Below, piece after piece: positions 1 through 10,003 of a DNA stretch of 56,840 nt (positions are counted from its first letter, which is position 1; each line of letters starts with the position of its first letter). This DNA is from a virus. Lineage: Duplodnaviria > Caudoviricetes. The DNA is taken from positions 1 to 56,840 of the IMG/VR virus record IMGVR_UViG_3300025120_014829; one strand, given 5' to 3'. The notes under the pieces were generated by a model. The model ran no database searches. It saw only the letters and a program-made list of their open reading frames with translations, and was not told the origin of the DNA. A program made the translations under genes and the position numbers.

Positions 1-52
1 GATCGGTCTTTCTGACACCACTACTCTTGAATTTAAACTGCGAATGACCCAT
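1..52 (-). CDS. 5' fragment of a CDS running off the left edge (MGHSQFKFKSSGVRKTD...), possibly a baseplate wedge/gp25-like protein
   Basis: ATG at 52 with a GAGG RBS and an ATACTTA motif (73-79) upstream; frame open to the window edge; product inferred only from its position after the gp5-like gene. Confidence 0.45.
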   Translation of the reverse strand, partial: MGHSQFKFKSSGVRKTD

Positions 53-78
53 AACATAACCTCTTTAACCTATAAGTA

Positions 79-1626
79 TCACTCACCAAAAATTTTAGAC
101 GATGCTAATAATTCTACGTTAATTTTTGCGTCGATCAATCCATTAGCAACGCCTTCAACAGCGCTGGGCTCTCCAGCGATAGACCCTGGCAAGTTTTCGA
201 TGATAGAAATTAATCCATTAATTGTTTCTTTAAGCTTTGAATGAATTACATAGGGTTCAAGTGCATTTGAATCACTAGATCTTGATGTGAATTCAATAAC
301 GTTGTCATTTCCTGCATTAATTTTTATTTTTCCGTCATCATAAAACTTAGCAAAAGAGCCCCCAGATCTCGATGAAATAACAAGATCTTTCTCTGCAATC
401 AGTCGATTATGATGTGCATAACTAATTATACTCGGACCAAATTGTTCTTCACCACTTAAAAGGTCAAAATTAACACCAAAAACATTGTCAACATCACATC
501 GATTAGACATGTAAAGTCTTGCACCCACGTTAAGACTATCCAAAATTGTGTCATTTACTTCATTATTAAATGCACTTTCGTTTCGATATCTTATGTTGGC
601 CACTTTGTCATTTTCTATGTAATTGAAGATATCATTGTCGCCAGGCGAATTATTTCTAACAAAATTAACAGAATCAGTCCTTTGCTCGTCGCTACCGTTA
701 ATTTTGTTAATATCTTCTTTTTTTCTATATACAAAAAGATCAATAGCAGGAGAATTTGGCTTATTTCTTCCAATCTCACTTGGTCCTACTGTTGATAAAC
801 TTGCATCATCCAAAGATAGGTCTGTTACAGGAGTGAACTTTTCAGTCGTAATGTGTAAACCAGCATTATTTGAGCCTTGCAGTAACAAGTCACCACAGTC
901 TCTTGCTATTCTTGGAACCGGTTCTCCAGTAAACTCTTGACGGTATGAAAATGAATTTAAATACAACTCATTGAAAGTATTTTTTAAATTACCTACGTTG
1001 TCATCAATTTCAGTTGCATTCCCATTAGATACACACTTTTCTAGATCATCAGGCGACACATTTCTTGCACCTTGATTTACTCCAAATATATTTACTACGT
1101 CTTCAGTTGCGACTAGTCTTTCAAGGTGTGTGTAATTAGGATCATCGACCTGTATTGGACCGACTTTGCGGCACATCCAATAAAACATTCTACCCACACC
1201 CTTCACATTAGATGCTATGATCCAAACATATTCACCAGGTTTTACGGGTAACGACAAATGCGGCGGAAAAAACGGATAACACACAACAGGTTTACCACCA
1301 TCAAAAGACTCTCTATCATCAATGATGTTAGCGAAAAGAGAATTCATGGGCATAGTCTCTACCATCTGGTAATTATAAACACCTTTATTTCTCAACTCTT
1401 TTGTTTCTGGTATCACTTTTTTAGTTAGCAAGTCACCAACAGTTAATCCTGGTTCAACGTCAACTGTCTTACTCAAGAATTCGTATGGGTTTGAAATAAA
1501 CTCAGTCGCAATACCAGTATAAAAGTTGTATGTTGTAGGGTTTTCTATCTGCGTGTTTTCATTTTCTAACAAATTTAAACCAGCAAGTACGCCAATTGAG
1601 TTTTTTAAATCACGTTCTCGATACAA
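79..1626 (-). CDS. Baseplate hub/spike (gp5/VgrG-like) protein
   Basis: PFFPPHLSLPVKPGEYVWII resembles the gp5-type N-terminal OB-fold; GDLLLQGSNN beta-helix entry; C-terminal LASSKIFGE; TTG start just after the previous stop. Confidence 0.6.
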   Translation of the reverse strand: MYRERDLKNSIGVLAGLNLLENENTQIENPTTYNFYTGIATEFISNPYEFLSKTVDVEPGLTVGDLLTKKVIPETKELRNKGVYNYQMVETMPMNSLFANIIDDRESFDGGKPVVCYPFFPPHLSLPVKPGEYVWIIASNVKGVGRMFYWMCRKVGPIQVDDPNYTHLERLVATEDVVNIFGVNQGARNVSPDDLEKCVSNGNATEIDDNVGNLKNTFNELYLNSFSYRQEFTGEPVPRIARDCGDLLLQGSNNAGLHITTEKFTPVTDLSLDDASLSTVGPSEIGRNKPNSPAIDLFVYRKKEDINKINGSDEQRTDSVNFVRNNSPGDNDIFNYIENDKVANIRYRNESAFNNEVNDTILDSLNVGARLYMSNRCDVDNVFGVNFDLLSGEEQFGPSIISYAHHNRLIAEKDLVISSRSGGSFAKFYDDGKIKINAGNDNVIEFTSRSSDSNALEPYVIHSKLKETINGLISIIENLPGSIAGEPSAVEGVANGLIDAKINVELLASSKIFGE

Positions 1627-1627
1627 A

Positions 1628-1975
1628 CTATTCCCCTATAGACTTAAATATGTCATCAGGTGAAACTGCATCATTTTTTTCTTGTTCTTTTGCAATTAAT
1701 TCTGCTAATTTTATTATTTGATCATTGCATTTTGACATTCGCTCTAAATACTTTGTCGCTAGTGTGCCGTAACTTGAGTGATTCGTTGGATTACCCGGTA
1801 TTGTTACAAGCAAATCATTAAGTAAGATTGAAGCGCTTTCTCTATCTTCTAAAGAATTTTGGTATGATTCTTTCCACAACATTTTCTTTTTATCTTCAGT
1901 ACTCTCAAGACCGTCCAATAAGTCAGAAAACTCTTTTATCTTATCGTCCTTATTGACCGACTTTTTTTTAGTCAT
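1628..1975 (-). CDS. Hypothetical helical phage protein
   Basis: 115 aa ORF coupled (ATGA overlap) to the sigma factor gene. Confidence 0.7.
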   Translation of the reverse strand: MTKKKSVNKDDKIKEFSDLLDGLESTEDKKKMLWKESYQNSLEDRESASILLNDLLVTIPGNPTNHSSYGTLATKYLERMSKCNDQIIKLAELIAKEQEKNDAVSPDDIFKSIGE

Positions 1976-2724
1976 AATCCACCCATCCTAAACATTGATT
2001 TATATTCGTCGTTATTTTTAACTATCTCTCTAAAGTGTTTTCTCACATTTGACATTGCTACAGAAAGTTGTTTGGGATTAAGTCCGCTTATCTCTCGAAG
2101 GTAAACAAATATTGCGCGCTTATTTAAAAGCTCCAAGCTATCAATGTCTTTAAATAGTTTATGAACTGCTTTTACACATAGTTTTTCGTTATCATTGTTG
2201 ACTTTACATTCAATTACTTGAAGTATGTCAAACATTCTTTGTCGGTCTTCTTTTTGTACTAGGACAGATTCAGGTGATGGAACAAAATTATAACTTTCAA
2301 TTGTCAACTTGTCGCGGACGCTTAAACTCACATAATCCTCAATACTTACACTTCGTCTTGCATTCTTGTTTCTTTTATTAGATTGTATTATTAAGAAGTT
2401 TTTAGCGCAGACATTGAAGTATGAAAAAGCTTTAGATCCTTTACTCGGGTCAAACTTTTCAAGAGTTTCGTATAAGAAAGTGACACAATCAGTTTTTAAA
2501 TTCTGGAAAGTGTCTGGATCTCTGGCAAATCCATGAATAAAAATCAAGTTCTCAACTAATTTATTAAACGCAGGCCTGATTTTTTCGGAGTAAATTTTTT
2601 CTTTTTCGTTTCTACAAAGACATATCTGATATTGAACTATCGCTTCGTGCTCTTCTTTTCCAAAGTAAAGCTTATTTTTCTTACTAGCCTTTCTCTTGAC
2701 TGTCTTTTTCTTGTACCTCGCCAC
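1972..2724 (-). CDS. Phage sigma factor, T4 gp55-like (late transcription)
   Basis: KFDPSKGSKAFSYFNVCAKNFLI matches the region-2 pattern of gp55-like phage sigma factors; GTG start. Confidence 0.7.
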   Translation of the reverse strand: MARYKKKTVKRKASKKNKLYFGKEEHEAIVQYQICLCRNEKEKIYSEKIRPAFNKLVENLIFIHGFARDPDTFQNLKTDCVTFLYETLEKFDPSKGSKAFSYFNVCAKNFLIIQSNKRNKNARRSVSIEDYVSLSVRDKLTIESYNFVPSPESVLVQKEDRQRMFDILQVIECKVNNDNEKLCVKAVHKLFKDIDSLELLNKRAIFVYLREISGLNPKQLSVAMSNVRKHFREIVKNNDEYKSMFRMGGL

Positions 2725-3013
2725 TTTTGATCCCTATATCTGTTGTTAGCCTATTGGCTATGTAGAGTATTGCGTTATGACACTCTTTTATATCCTGTAC
2801 AACCTGTCTTATTTCAACTGAATCGAAAAAGATAGGTTTTTTTAAAATTTCATTCATTTTCCCGTACTTAACATCAAGTATATCAAGCGATTCTTCAATC
2901 GCATCTTCAATGCCGACAATTACAAGCGAAAATTGGTAGAGTTTCCACCCAAGAACAACACATAAAATGCACAGTACGCAACACAAAGAAATAAGTATAA
3001 TATTTAATGTCAT
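2684..3013 (-). CDS. Small membrane-anchored hypothetical protein
   Basis: N-terminal hydrophobic helix followed by an amphipathic helical tail. Confidence 0.65.
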   Translation of the reverse strand: MTLNIILISLCCVLCILCVVLGWKLYQFSLVIVGIEDAIEESLDILDVKYGKMNEILKKPIFFDSVEIRQVVQDIKECHNAILYIANRLTTDIGIKSGEVQEKDSQEKG

Positions 3014-4215
3014 TATTTAAACTTCTCTGAAAATAAGTCATTGTAAAGGTTTTTTACTGATGTACTACTGTAATCTGACCTTATTTTTTTCATCATTAGC
3101 CGTGCTGAACTTTTAGCATTAGCATAATCATCATATACTTTACGTACTTCTTTTTTGAAACTATGCTCGCTTGGGTTGGCCCACCTAAAACCTGTTTTAA
3201 ATATTCTGTCGTCAACTCTATTTTCATTAATTTCTATTAAATCATAATCTACAGCTCCAAAATTTTCTCGATCAAGAAACTCTAAATGGCCAGACCAATT
3301 GGTCGCTACAATAGGTAAACCTGCAACAGCAGCTTCAATAAGTGGTAGACCGTAACCTTCACCTCGAGTTGCAGTTGCGTACATTTTAACCTTAGTGTGA
3401 TTATATAATGCTGCTACTTCTTCTGAAGTCATGTTTCCGTGCAAAAAGTTTAATAGCTTTTCTTCTCTTCTGTAGCCTAGTTCAGATTTTAACTTTCTTA
3501 AGAAAACTTTGCACATTTTCTTATCTGCTGTTGTTCCTTTACCGAAGCTAGTTTTTAATATAACACCTACATCTTTTTCTTCTTTAAACTCTTCCAGCGT
3601 CCATTTTATTGTATTCACTAAATTTTTTCTATCTGAAAGAGGATCTTGGCTCGTTAAAGTACCTACAATCAGTACATTAAATGGTTCTTTAATTGCATCA
3701 AAACGATCATCGTTAAGTATCTTATCACACTTGCTTCGACTCATGATATCAGCATTATACCACTCAGGCACTACAGAGACAGGTTTCATTACGATACCTG
3801 ACCTTTTTAAGACATTTTTTGTAAAAGTTGATGGCACAACAATGTGGTCCATCTGGTTACAACATTTTACCCATTCAGGATTGCACCTATCAGTTTCTAC
3901 AAGTGCAGTAATTCCAACATTGTATTTTGCCGCTGTTGGATTCCATTCATCAGGTAATTGCACCTGGAACGACATGTCAAATATCTCGTTATTTGCTGGC
4001 TTTGAACATTGCATTATCTTGCCGATTAATCCGTTTTCTTCGTTCTCATCAAGTATCCATGAAGTCATTCCCCAATTTAAACACTCGACTGTTAACTCAA
4101 CGTCAGGTCTGCTATGCAACCAACTAAAAACTTGGCGTGAATGAACACCGTAACCGCTATTAGTTAGTAATGGTGCCCTAAGTAGGACTTTTTTCTTCGG
4201 TAGTTCACTAAACAT
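3013..4215 (-). CDS. Glycosyltransferase, GT-B fold (GT4-like)
   Basis: SGYG N-terminal loop and GEGYGLPLIEA (ExFGLxxxE) motif. Confidence 0.9.
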   Translation of the reverse strand: MFSELPKKKVLLRAPLLTNSGYGVHSRQVFSWLHSRPDVELTVECLNWGMTSWILDENEENGLIGKIMQCSKPANNEIFDMSFQVQLPDEWNPTAAKYNVGITALVETDRCNPEWVKCCNQMDHIVVPSTFTKNVLKRSGIVMKPVSVVPEWYNADIMSRSKCDKILNDDRFDAIKEPFNVLIVGTLTSQDPLSDRKNLVNTIKWTLEEFKEEKDVGVILKTSFGKGTTADKKMCKVFLRKLKSELGYRREEKLLNFLHGNMTSEEVAALYNHTKVKMYATATRGEGYGLPLIEAAVAGLPIVATNWSGHLEFLDRENFGAVDYDLIEINENRVDDRIFKTGFRWANPSEHSFKKEVRKVYDDYANAKSSARLMMKKIRSDYSSTSVKNLYNDLFSEKFK

Positions 4216-5474
4216 TAAATCTCCTCAATAGTCCAGCTGTGTTTTGTATCTTTAAAATCATTGATTGCCTTTAGCATTGTGTCATGCCACATGTCGATCG
4301 TCTTCTGGTATGCAAATTCGTTCTTTGCGTAATCTTGAACTTTCTTTTGCAGGCCGGTCCATTGCTTAGAATCGCTTTTTTTAGAGTACAACTCCATAAT
4401 TGCTTTCGCAATATTGTTATTTGAAACATAATCTTCATAAATATAAGGAACACTCTGACTCCCTACTAAAGTTTTCAAATCTACATCAATTGCCACTCCG
4501 TTATGAGAATTGTCTCGATGATCAACGACTTGTCTGGTCAGACCGCCAGTTTTCGGAGCGATAATAGGTGTTCCAGTCATCATAGATTCAAGTGTTGATA
4601 GTCCGAAACCTTCAGCATAAGATGTATTGATGCAAAAGTCAGAAATATTATATAAAACATTCATCTTTTCAAATTCAATTCTGTCCCTTGAAAAGACTAC
4701 ACTTTCATGAACACCAAGCATCTCTGACACTTTAAACAAATTAGGGCCTTCATTGTCTAGAGGCTCCGTGTGCATTATTAACGTTGCGTTTCTATGACCT
4801 TTGCTTTCTTCTAAATTATCTAAGAAAATCTTCCAAGACTCGAGCAAATCAGCCGGTCTTTTTCTCTTTGCATTTCTATTCACCCATATTCCAACAAAAT
4901 TATCTTTTTTGTCTTCACCCAATATTGTTATTTTATGACGTAAAATATCTGACTTTTTCATTTTATAAAACATGTTATCAGGCAATGAGTGAGGAATAAA
5001 GTTTGTCTTTTCCGGGAAGTGCTCTTTTAACATTGTATATGTCATATGGCTGTGACAATTAATTAAATCAGTTGCTTCATAGTAACTACTGTTAAACTTA
5101 GGATATGGATAATTATCCCATACGTGCCACCAAACTATTGGGCATATCTTCCTGATTTCATCTTCCATATCAAAAAGCCACACAAAAAATCGTGGATCTG
5201 TGAAGATAAAAAGTGCATCTGGTTTTTCAGTTGCTAGCGTTACTCTAATTAAGTCCGGATTACCAAAACCATCTATGGGTTTTATGATAAAATCATCGTT
5301 AACAACGACTGTTCTATAGTCTTCATGTTTAAGCGCTGCACCAAATTGTCTAAAAGACCATTTTCCCTTCTTGAGCAAACCTTCCAAGAGGTGCCTTGTT
5401 TGTGTTCCCACACCACTTGTTGAGAGTGCGTGGTCTGACAAAACTAAAATTTTAAATTTGCCGTCTTCTGTCAT
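4215..5474 (-). CDS. Glycosyltransferase, GT4-like
   Basis: SGVG loop, RNAKRKR, AEGFGLSTLES motif. Confidence 0.9.
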   Translation of the reverse strand: MTEDGKFKILVLSDHALSTSGVGTQTRHLLEGLLKKGKWSFRQFGAALKHEDYRTVVVNDDFIIKPIDGFGNPDLIRVTLATEKPDALFIFTDPRFFVWLFDMEDEIRKICPIVWWHVWDNYPYPKFNSSYYEATDLINCHSHMTYTMLKEHFPEKTNFIPHSLPDNMFYKMKKSDILRHKITILGEDKKDNFVGIWVNRNAKRKRPADLLESWKIFLDNLEESKGHRNATLIMHTEPLDNEGPNLFKVSEMLGVHESVVFSRDRIEFEKMNVLYNISDFCINTSYAEGFGLSTLESMMTGTPIIAPKTGGLTRQVVDHRDNSHNGVAIDVDLKTLVGSQSVPYIYEDYVSNNNIAKAIMELYSKKSDSKQWTGLQKKVQDYAKNEFAYQKTIDMWHDTMLKAINDFKDTKHSWTIEEI

Positions 5475-5562
5475 TAATTCACCTTGTAATATTCATTATT
5501 CTGTATGTAGAATACCTTTCTTGTTCATTATTTTATACATTAACGTGTACATGTAAACAAAA

Positions 5563-6402
5563 TTATGTACAGTGTGTTGTCTGATAAAATTGGCAAAACT
5601 TGCAACTATTTCTATTCTTTAAAGACAACCCCTTAGACACAGAACTGACCATACTTCTCATAAGCTTTACACCTTTTTCATAAGTTTTAGGACCTACTGA
5701 CACTTTGACCAGTTCACAGACTCTTCCTTTTTTTCCACCTCTTTTTAGCAAAACAAAGCCGCACCGAACATCTTTGAGATCAATATTATGCTTTTTAGCC
5801 CAAAAGTGTTTGTACAAAATCAATTGTGCCGTCATACCCAGGTCCTGCTTTTTATCTCTTCGCCAGCCCCAAGCACCCGCTGTTTTCCAGTCAATTATCC
5901 AATACTCATGTCCCTTACCACGTTTTTTTGGAACTTTAAGTACACCATCGATAAAACCCTTAAAGCTTAATGGGATCTTTATATCATCAATTACTTCATA
6001 AAGCTTTTCCTCTGCCTCAAAACATTCCCAACCGGGGAGTTCTTTGTCTAAAAAGTCTAGAACTTCATCCCACATATTGTTTGCCCAAGTTTCCCAAACA
6101 CCTACGGGTTCGTGTTTGTACCATCCGGGTTGCTTTGTATACCACTCTTCGTTCTCATATCCAGCTTTCTGCCACTCTTCTTTCATCACCCCTATTATTT
6201 TATCACGGTCGACATGTCGTGTTTCTAGAAGTGTTTCACAACCTTCGTGGACTGCTGTTCCAAAATGAAGATAAGGTGATGGTTCGAAAGTGTCAATCTT
6301 GTCAATGTAGACTAATTTGTGCCTGTATGGGCACTCTTTCCATTGTTTTATTTCAGAAAAAGATATGTGAGGTTTTCCTGTCGGGAATAAGTCAGTGCTC
6401 AT
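5563..6402 (-). CDS. PD-(D/E)XK exonuclease (RecB/Cas4-like)
   Basis: ISFS..W..CP start, FGTAVH, GFIDG...IIDWKT catalytic motif, C-terminal CKFC...C cluster ligands. Confidence 0.9.
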   Translation of the reverse strand: MSTDLFPTGKPHISFSEIKQWKECPYRHKLVYIDKIDTFEPSPYLHFGTAVHEGCETLLETRHVDRDKIIGVMKEEWQKAGYENEEWYTKQPGWYKHEPVGVWETWANNMWDEVLDFLDKELPGWECFEAEEKLYEVIDDIKIPLSFKGFIDGVLKVPKKRGKGHEYWIIDWKTAGAWGWRRDKKQDLGMTAQLILYKHFWAKKHNIDLKDVRCGFVLLKRGGKKGRVCELVKVSVGPKTYEKGVKLMRSMVSSVSKGLSLKNRNSCKFCQFYQTTHCT

Positions 6403-6431
6403 TTTTTCACCATTTTGTTAGAGTTGTATTA

Positions 6432-6460
6432 ATACTACACAGAATATATCGTTTTTACAC
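6432..6460 (-). promoter_or_regulatory. Sigma70-like promoter
   Basis: GTGTAA-N17-TAGTAT on the minus strand, 30 nt upstream of the nuclease start. Confidence 0.5.
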
Positions 6461-6461
6461 A

Positions 6462-6635
6462 CTATAGCTTGTTATACTCATCTTCTAACTTTTCAATATC
6501 ACTCATGAGTAAAGAGTATTTTCTTATATTTCCATTCCTCTGATACTCGATTGCTTGTTTATAAGTTGTATCGATTTGCTTCTTAAGTCTTGACTTCTTG
6601 TCGCCGAATATCAAACTAATAATTTTTTTAAACAT
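6462..6635 (-). CDS. 57 aa protein resembling the DUF6435 family (absent from the ORF track)
   Basis: Translates as MFKKIISLIFGDKKSRLKKQIDTTYKQAIEYQRNGNIRKYSLLMSDIEKLEDEYNKL; QRNGxIRxYSxL motif; fills the gap between neighbours. Confidence 0.7.
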   Translation of the reverse strand: MFKKIISLIFGDKKSRLKKQIDTTYKQAIEYQRNGNIRKYSLLMSDIEKLEDEYNKL

Positions 6636-6640
6636 ATTAT

Positions 6641-7081
6641 TTAACCTTTGTTTTGTGCTAACATTTGTTCCATTATCTTATTTTTTAAATCAGTAAGTGA
6701 ATATACATGATCTCTTTTGTGAAAATAAACAGATTTTAAATCTCTCATTTCTAAATATTTTCCAGTATAATCTATGTTTTTGTAGTCTGTACCAATGATT
6801 CTAACATCCCAATCTGTTGTTTCTAATAGACACAGAAGTTCTTGTTCTGTATTGTAATGCAAAACATCATCGACATATTTAATTGATCTTAGGATGTATT
6901 CTCTTTCTTCTACTGTTTGAACTGGTTTACATTTATACGGTCTTTCTATTGTTGGGTCGCCCTGTAAAGCTACAACAAGATAGTTACATGCGTTAGACTT
7001 TGCGTCTTCAAATAGTCTTACGTATCCCGGATGAATAACATCAAAGTTTCCTGCGACTATTCCAACTTTCTTAGTCATCAC
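6641..7081 (-). CDS. Cytidylyltransferase-like protein (TagD/RfaE-II family)
   Basis: AGNFDVIHPGY (HIGH-like motif), ER..IL.SIKYVD, SLT.LK C-terminus; GTG start. Confidence 0.85.
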   Translation of the reverse strand: MMTKKVGIVAGNFDVIHPGYVRLFEDAKSNACNYLVVALQGDPTIERPYKCKPVQTVEEREYILRSIKYVDDVLHYNTEQELLCLLETTDWDVRIIGTDYKNIDYTGKYLEMRDLKSVYFHKRDHVYSLTDLKNKIMEQMLAQNKG

Positions 7082-7943
7082 TTACTGCCCTGCCTTTCAT
7101 CTCTTCCCAGTCCTTATTCTTTCTAACTAAATTATTGTAGTTTTCAACTTCACGTAAAAAAGTTGCTGAATGTTGTACTTTATTATCTGTACCGAATTTT
7201 ACCATTGCTGCTAAATCTTTTGGAAAACAGTGACCGCCAAATCCTCTGTCTCCATCAGGACCTGGAACCATCATATGACTATTACCAATACGTGGGTCGA
7301 GTAAAGCTAATTCTTTGACGGTATTGTATTCTAAATTAGCTGAACTACACACATCATACATCTGATTTGCAAAAATAACTTTTGTCGCCAAAAAACAATT
7401 GATGAAATATTTACACATTTCTGCTTCATCAGAGTTAACTACATGTATTAGTGTTTTTTCTTTAAAAACTTTTCTAAACATTCTTTCAACTTTTTCACCT
7501 TCAAGTCTCACTCGTGTATTATCATATTCAGGGACACCAACAATAATTCTATTTTGATTTTTAAAATCTTCAAATGAGTTTGCTTCTGTTAAAAATTCAG
7601 GACTAAATAAAACAGTCATATCTTTGTACTTTTTATTAATTCTTTTAGTTGTTCCTGGAGGTACAGTTGACTTAATAATTAACGTTGGAAATGCATCTGC
7701 ATGACAACATTCATTATATACGCCATCTATTACTGTTTCTAGTATTCTTGTATCACAACTCCCATTAATTCTCATTGGCGTTGGAACACATATGAATACA
7801 ATATCTGACTTATTACAAACTTTCTCATGTGTACTATTGCACTTATTTTCATCTAAGTCAAAAGTTAATATTTTATAATGATTTTTTAAACCTTCTCTTA
7901 TTGCAGAGCCTACAAAGCCCTGGCCGATTATGCCTATATTCAT
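7071..7943 (-). CDS. ugd: UDP-glucose/GDP-mannose 6-dehydrogenase family protein (short form)
   Basis: GQGFVG, CVPTP, IKSTVPPGTT, SPEFL, GFGGHCFPKD. Confidence 0.88.
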   Translation of the reverse strand: MNIGIIGQGFVGSAIREGLKNHYKILTFDLDENKCNSTHEKVCNKSDIVFICVPTPMRINGSCDTRILETVIDGVYNECCHADAFPTLIIKSTVPPGTTKRINKKYKDMTVLFSPEFLTEANSFEDFKNQNRIIVGVPEYDNTRVRLEGEKVERMFRKVFKEKTLIHVVNSDEAEMCKYFINCFLATKVIFANQMYDVCSSANLEYNTVKELALLDPRIGNSHMMVPGPDGDRGFGGHCFPKDLAAMVKFGTDNKVQHSATFLREVENYNNLVRKNKDWEEMKGRAVSDD

Positions 7944-7954
7944 TTTTATTTCTC

Positions 7955-8869
7955 CTAATAGCTAGATATCGTCTCTTCCAAAGTAAACTTTGGTGACCAT
8001 CCTAAATCTTTTGTAGTCTCGCTTATGTCTGCTAAAGTTTCCTTAACCTCTGCTGGGCGTGAAGGAATTACATCTCTTTTACCGCCAATCATATCTGCTA
8101 TTTCTATCATTGAATGATTCTTTCCTGTTCCGACATTGTAAATGCCAAACGGTATATCAACAGTTGATGATTTCATTGCAAGAATATTTGCTTCCACAAC
8201 ATCATCAATATATGTAAAATCTCTTCTTTGGGTTCCAGGTGCAACTATGGTCATAAATTCATTATTCTTGCTTTGTCGCTTAAATAATCCAACCACTGGA
8301 GCATATTCTCCTTTAATAGGTTCCCTAGGTCCATATACATTAAAGTACCTAAGTGTAATGCTAGGTAATCCATAAAGCTGGTTGTATAGTTTAAACACTT
8401 GTTCACCCATCCATTTTGACATTGAGTATGGATTTAAGCAATCAGCAGGCATGTTCGGGGAAAACGGTATTGAATTCTGTCGTCCGTAAAGTGATGACGT
8501 ACCTGAATATATTACGCGCTTTACGCAATTCAACCTGGACCATTCTAGGACTCTCTGTGTACCTACTACGTTGACTTCAAAACATGACCCGGGTGAACTG
8601 ATTGTTGGTTGGATTCTACTTCTAGCAGCTAAGTGAAAGACATAGTCTATAGGTTTTCCATTATCCCCGCCAAAGCAGTAACTACAATCATCTTTGGAGA
8701 CATCTAATTTATAATAACGTGCTTTTTTATTGTAATAAAAGTTTTCATTTTCGGCGGCTGATTCGTCATCAATTACCTTGACGTTATGACCTAACTCAAT
8801 AAGCCGATCAACTATGTGTGATCCAATGAAACCACAACCACCCGTCACTAAACAGTTATAAGAAGTCAT
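7955..8869 (-). CDS. NAD-dependent nucleotide-sugar epimerase/dehydratase
   Basis: TGGCGFIGS, YSMSK, LRYFNVYGP, RDFTYIDDV; start placed at 8869 (GAGGAG RBS, ATGA-type overlap). Confidence 0.9.
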   Translation of the reverse strand: MTSYNCLVTGGCGFIGSHIVDRLIELGHNVKVIDDESAAENENFYYNKKARYYKLDVSKDDCSYCFGGDNGKPIDYVFHLAARSRIQPTISSPGSCFEVNVVGTQRVLEWSRLNCVKRVIYSGTSSLYGRQNSIPFSPNMPADCLNPYSMSKWMGEQVFKLYNQLYGLPSITLRYFNVYGPREPIKGEYAPVVGLFKRQSKNNEFMTIVAPGTQRRDFTYIDDVVEANILAMKSSTVDIPFGIYNVGTGKNHSMIEIADMIGGKRDVIPSRPAEVKETLADISETTKDLGWSPKFTLEETISSY

Positions 8870-9183
8870 TTTAACTCCTCGCATTTTCCAAAGTATGAGT
8901 CAGATTGAACTGCCTTGTCGCAAATCAGTAAATCGTATGCCGGTTTAAGCCCTACACTTAAGTTGTGGTATTTACAACCCCAACTGATTAACTGTTTTTG
9001 TGTTACTTCGAACCAGTCTATTTTTGTCACACTACCACGTGCTGTGAAATATGTTATTTCATTACCTGCGTCGTACAATTCATTAATTCTTTTTATTCTT
9101 GTTGCAATAGGTTTTGCGTCCGGGTAACATCTTTCACCCTCGTAATAACATATTGTCTCATCAATATCAACGTAAATTTTCAT
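8866..9183 (-). CDS. Small HAD-superfamily phosphatase (capsule-biosynthesis type)
   Basis: VDIDETI (DxD), FTARG, KP..D..I.DK motifs. Confidence 0.85.
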   Translation of the reverse strand: MKIYVDIDETICYYEGERCYPDAKPIATRIKRINELYDAGNEITYFTARGSVTKIDWFEVTQKQLISWGCKYHNLSVGLKPAYDLLICDKAVQSDSYFGKCEELK

Positions 9184-9196
9184 TTATTTCTTCTAT

Positions 9197-10003
9197 TTAT
9201 TTAAGATTTTCATCTTCCCAGCCAGACAAGCATTTTTTAATATTGTCTAAACGATCAAGTAATTTTGGTATTCTTTCCATTTGTATTTGGCAGTCTCCGT
9301 CAGACACAGCACACGCGGGGTCCAGATGACATTCGGCAAATATCCCGTCATAGTGGTAAATTGGTGCAGACAAGAAAAACCTCTCAGCAACCTCTCGGCG
9401 ACCCTGTGTACCATAAACGTCTCGACTTCTTTGTGTTGCGTGTGTACAATCAATTATTACCTTGTCATAGTGTTTTTTAATTCTATCAACAATATCAATG
9501 TCAACAACTAACCGATGATATCCAAAGGCTGTACCTCTTTCAGTCAACCACACTTCTGCATCTGGGTTTGTATTTCTGACTTTATCAACAGAGACAACTA
9601 AGTTGTTTGGCCCCAACCACTGGCCTTTTTTAATGTTTACTTTATTAAAGTGTTTGGCACATTCCACAATTAGGTCAGTCTGCCTACACAGAAACGCAGG
9701 TATTTGAACGACATCTATAACGTCAGCTATTTTTTCAGCTTGCCATGGCTCATGTACATCTGTTATTAAGCGTATATTTGGATTCGCTTTCTTAACTTTG
9801 CGAAATATATCTAAACTATAATCTAAGCCTGGTCCTCTACCACCGTTAATGCTTGTCCTGTTCGCCTTATCAAAAGATGCTTTAAAGTACCAGTCGCGAC
9901 CTTCCATGTGAGGCTTCAAGTATTCAAGCGATTTTAAATAATTCTCTTCACTCTCAAGTGAACAAGGTCCTAAGATAAAAAAGTTAGTCAAGGTGTACTC
10001 CAT
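9197..10003 (-). CDS. kdsA: Kdo-8-phosphate synthase
   Basis: GPC..ES, KASFDKANRTS, TDVHE, QIPAFLCRQTDL, NIKKGQ, ERG, DCTHA. Confidence 0.92.
   Translation of the reverse strand: MEYTLTNFFILGPCSLESEENYLKSLEYLKPHMEGRDWYFKASFDKANRTSINGGRGPGLDYSLDIFRKVKKANPNIRLITDVHEPWQAEKIADVIDVVQIPAFLCRQTDLIVECAKHFNKVNIKKGQWLGPNNLVVSVDKVRNTNPDAEVWLTERGTAFGYHRLVVDIDIVDRIKKHYDKVIIDCTHATQRSRDVYGTQGRREVAERFFLSAPIYHYDGIFAECHLDPACAVSDGDCQIQMERIPKLLDRLDNIKKCLSGWEDENLK

Noticed and set aside
5563-6402. CRISPR-Cas locus suggested by the Cas4-like nuclease
   Set aside because: No repeat-spacer array or other cas genes are visible; stand-alone PD-(D/E)XK nucleases are common in phages
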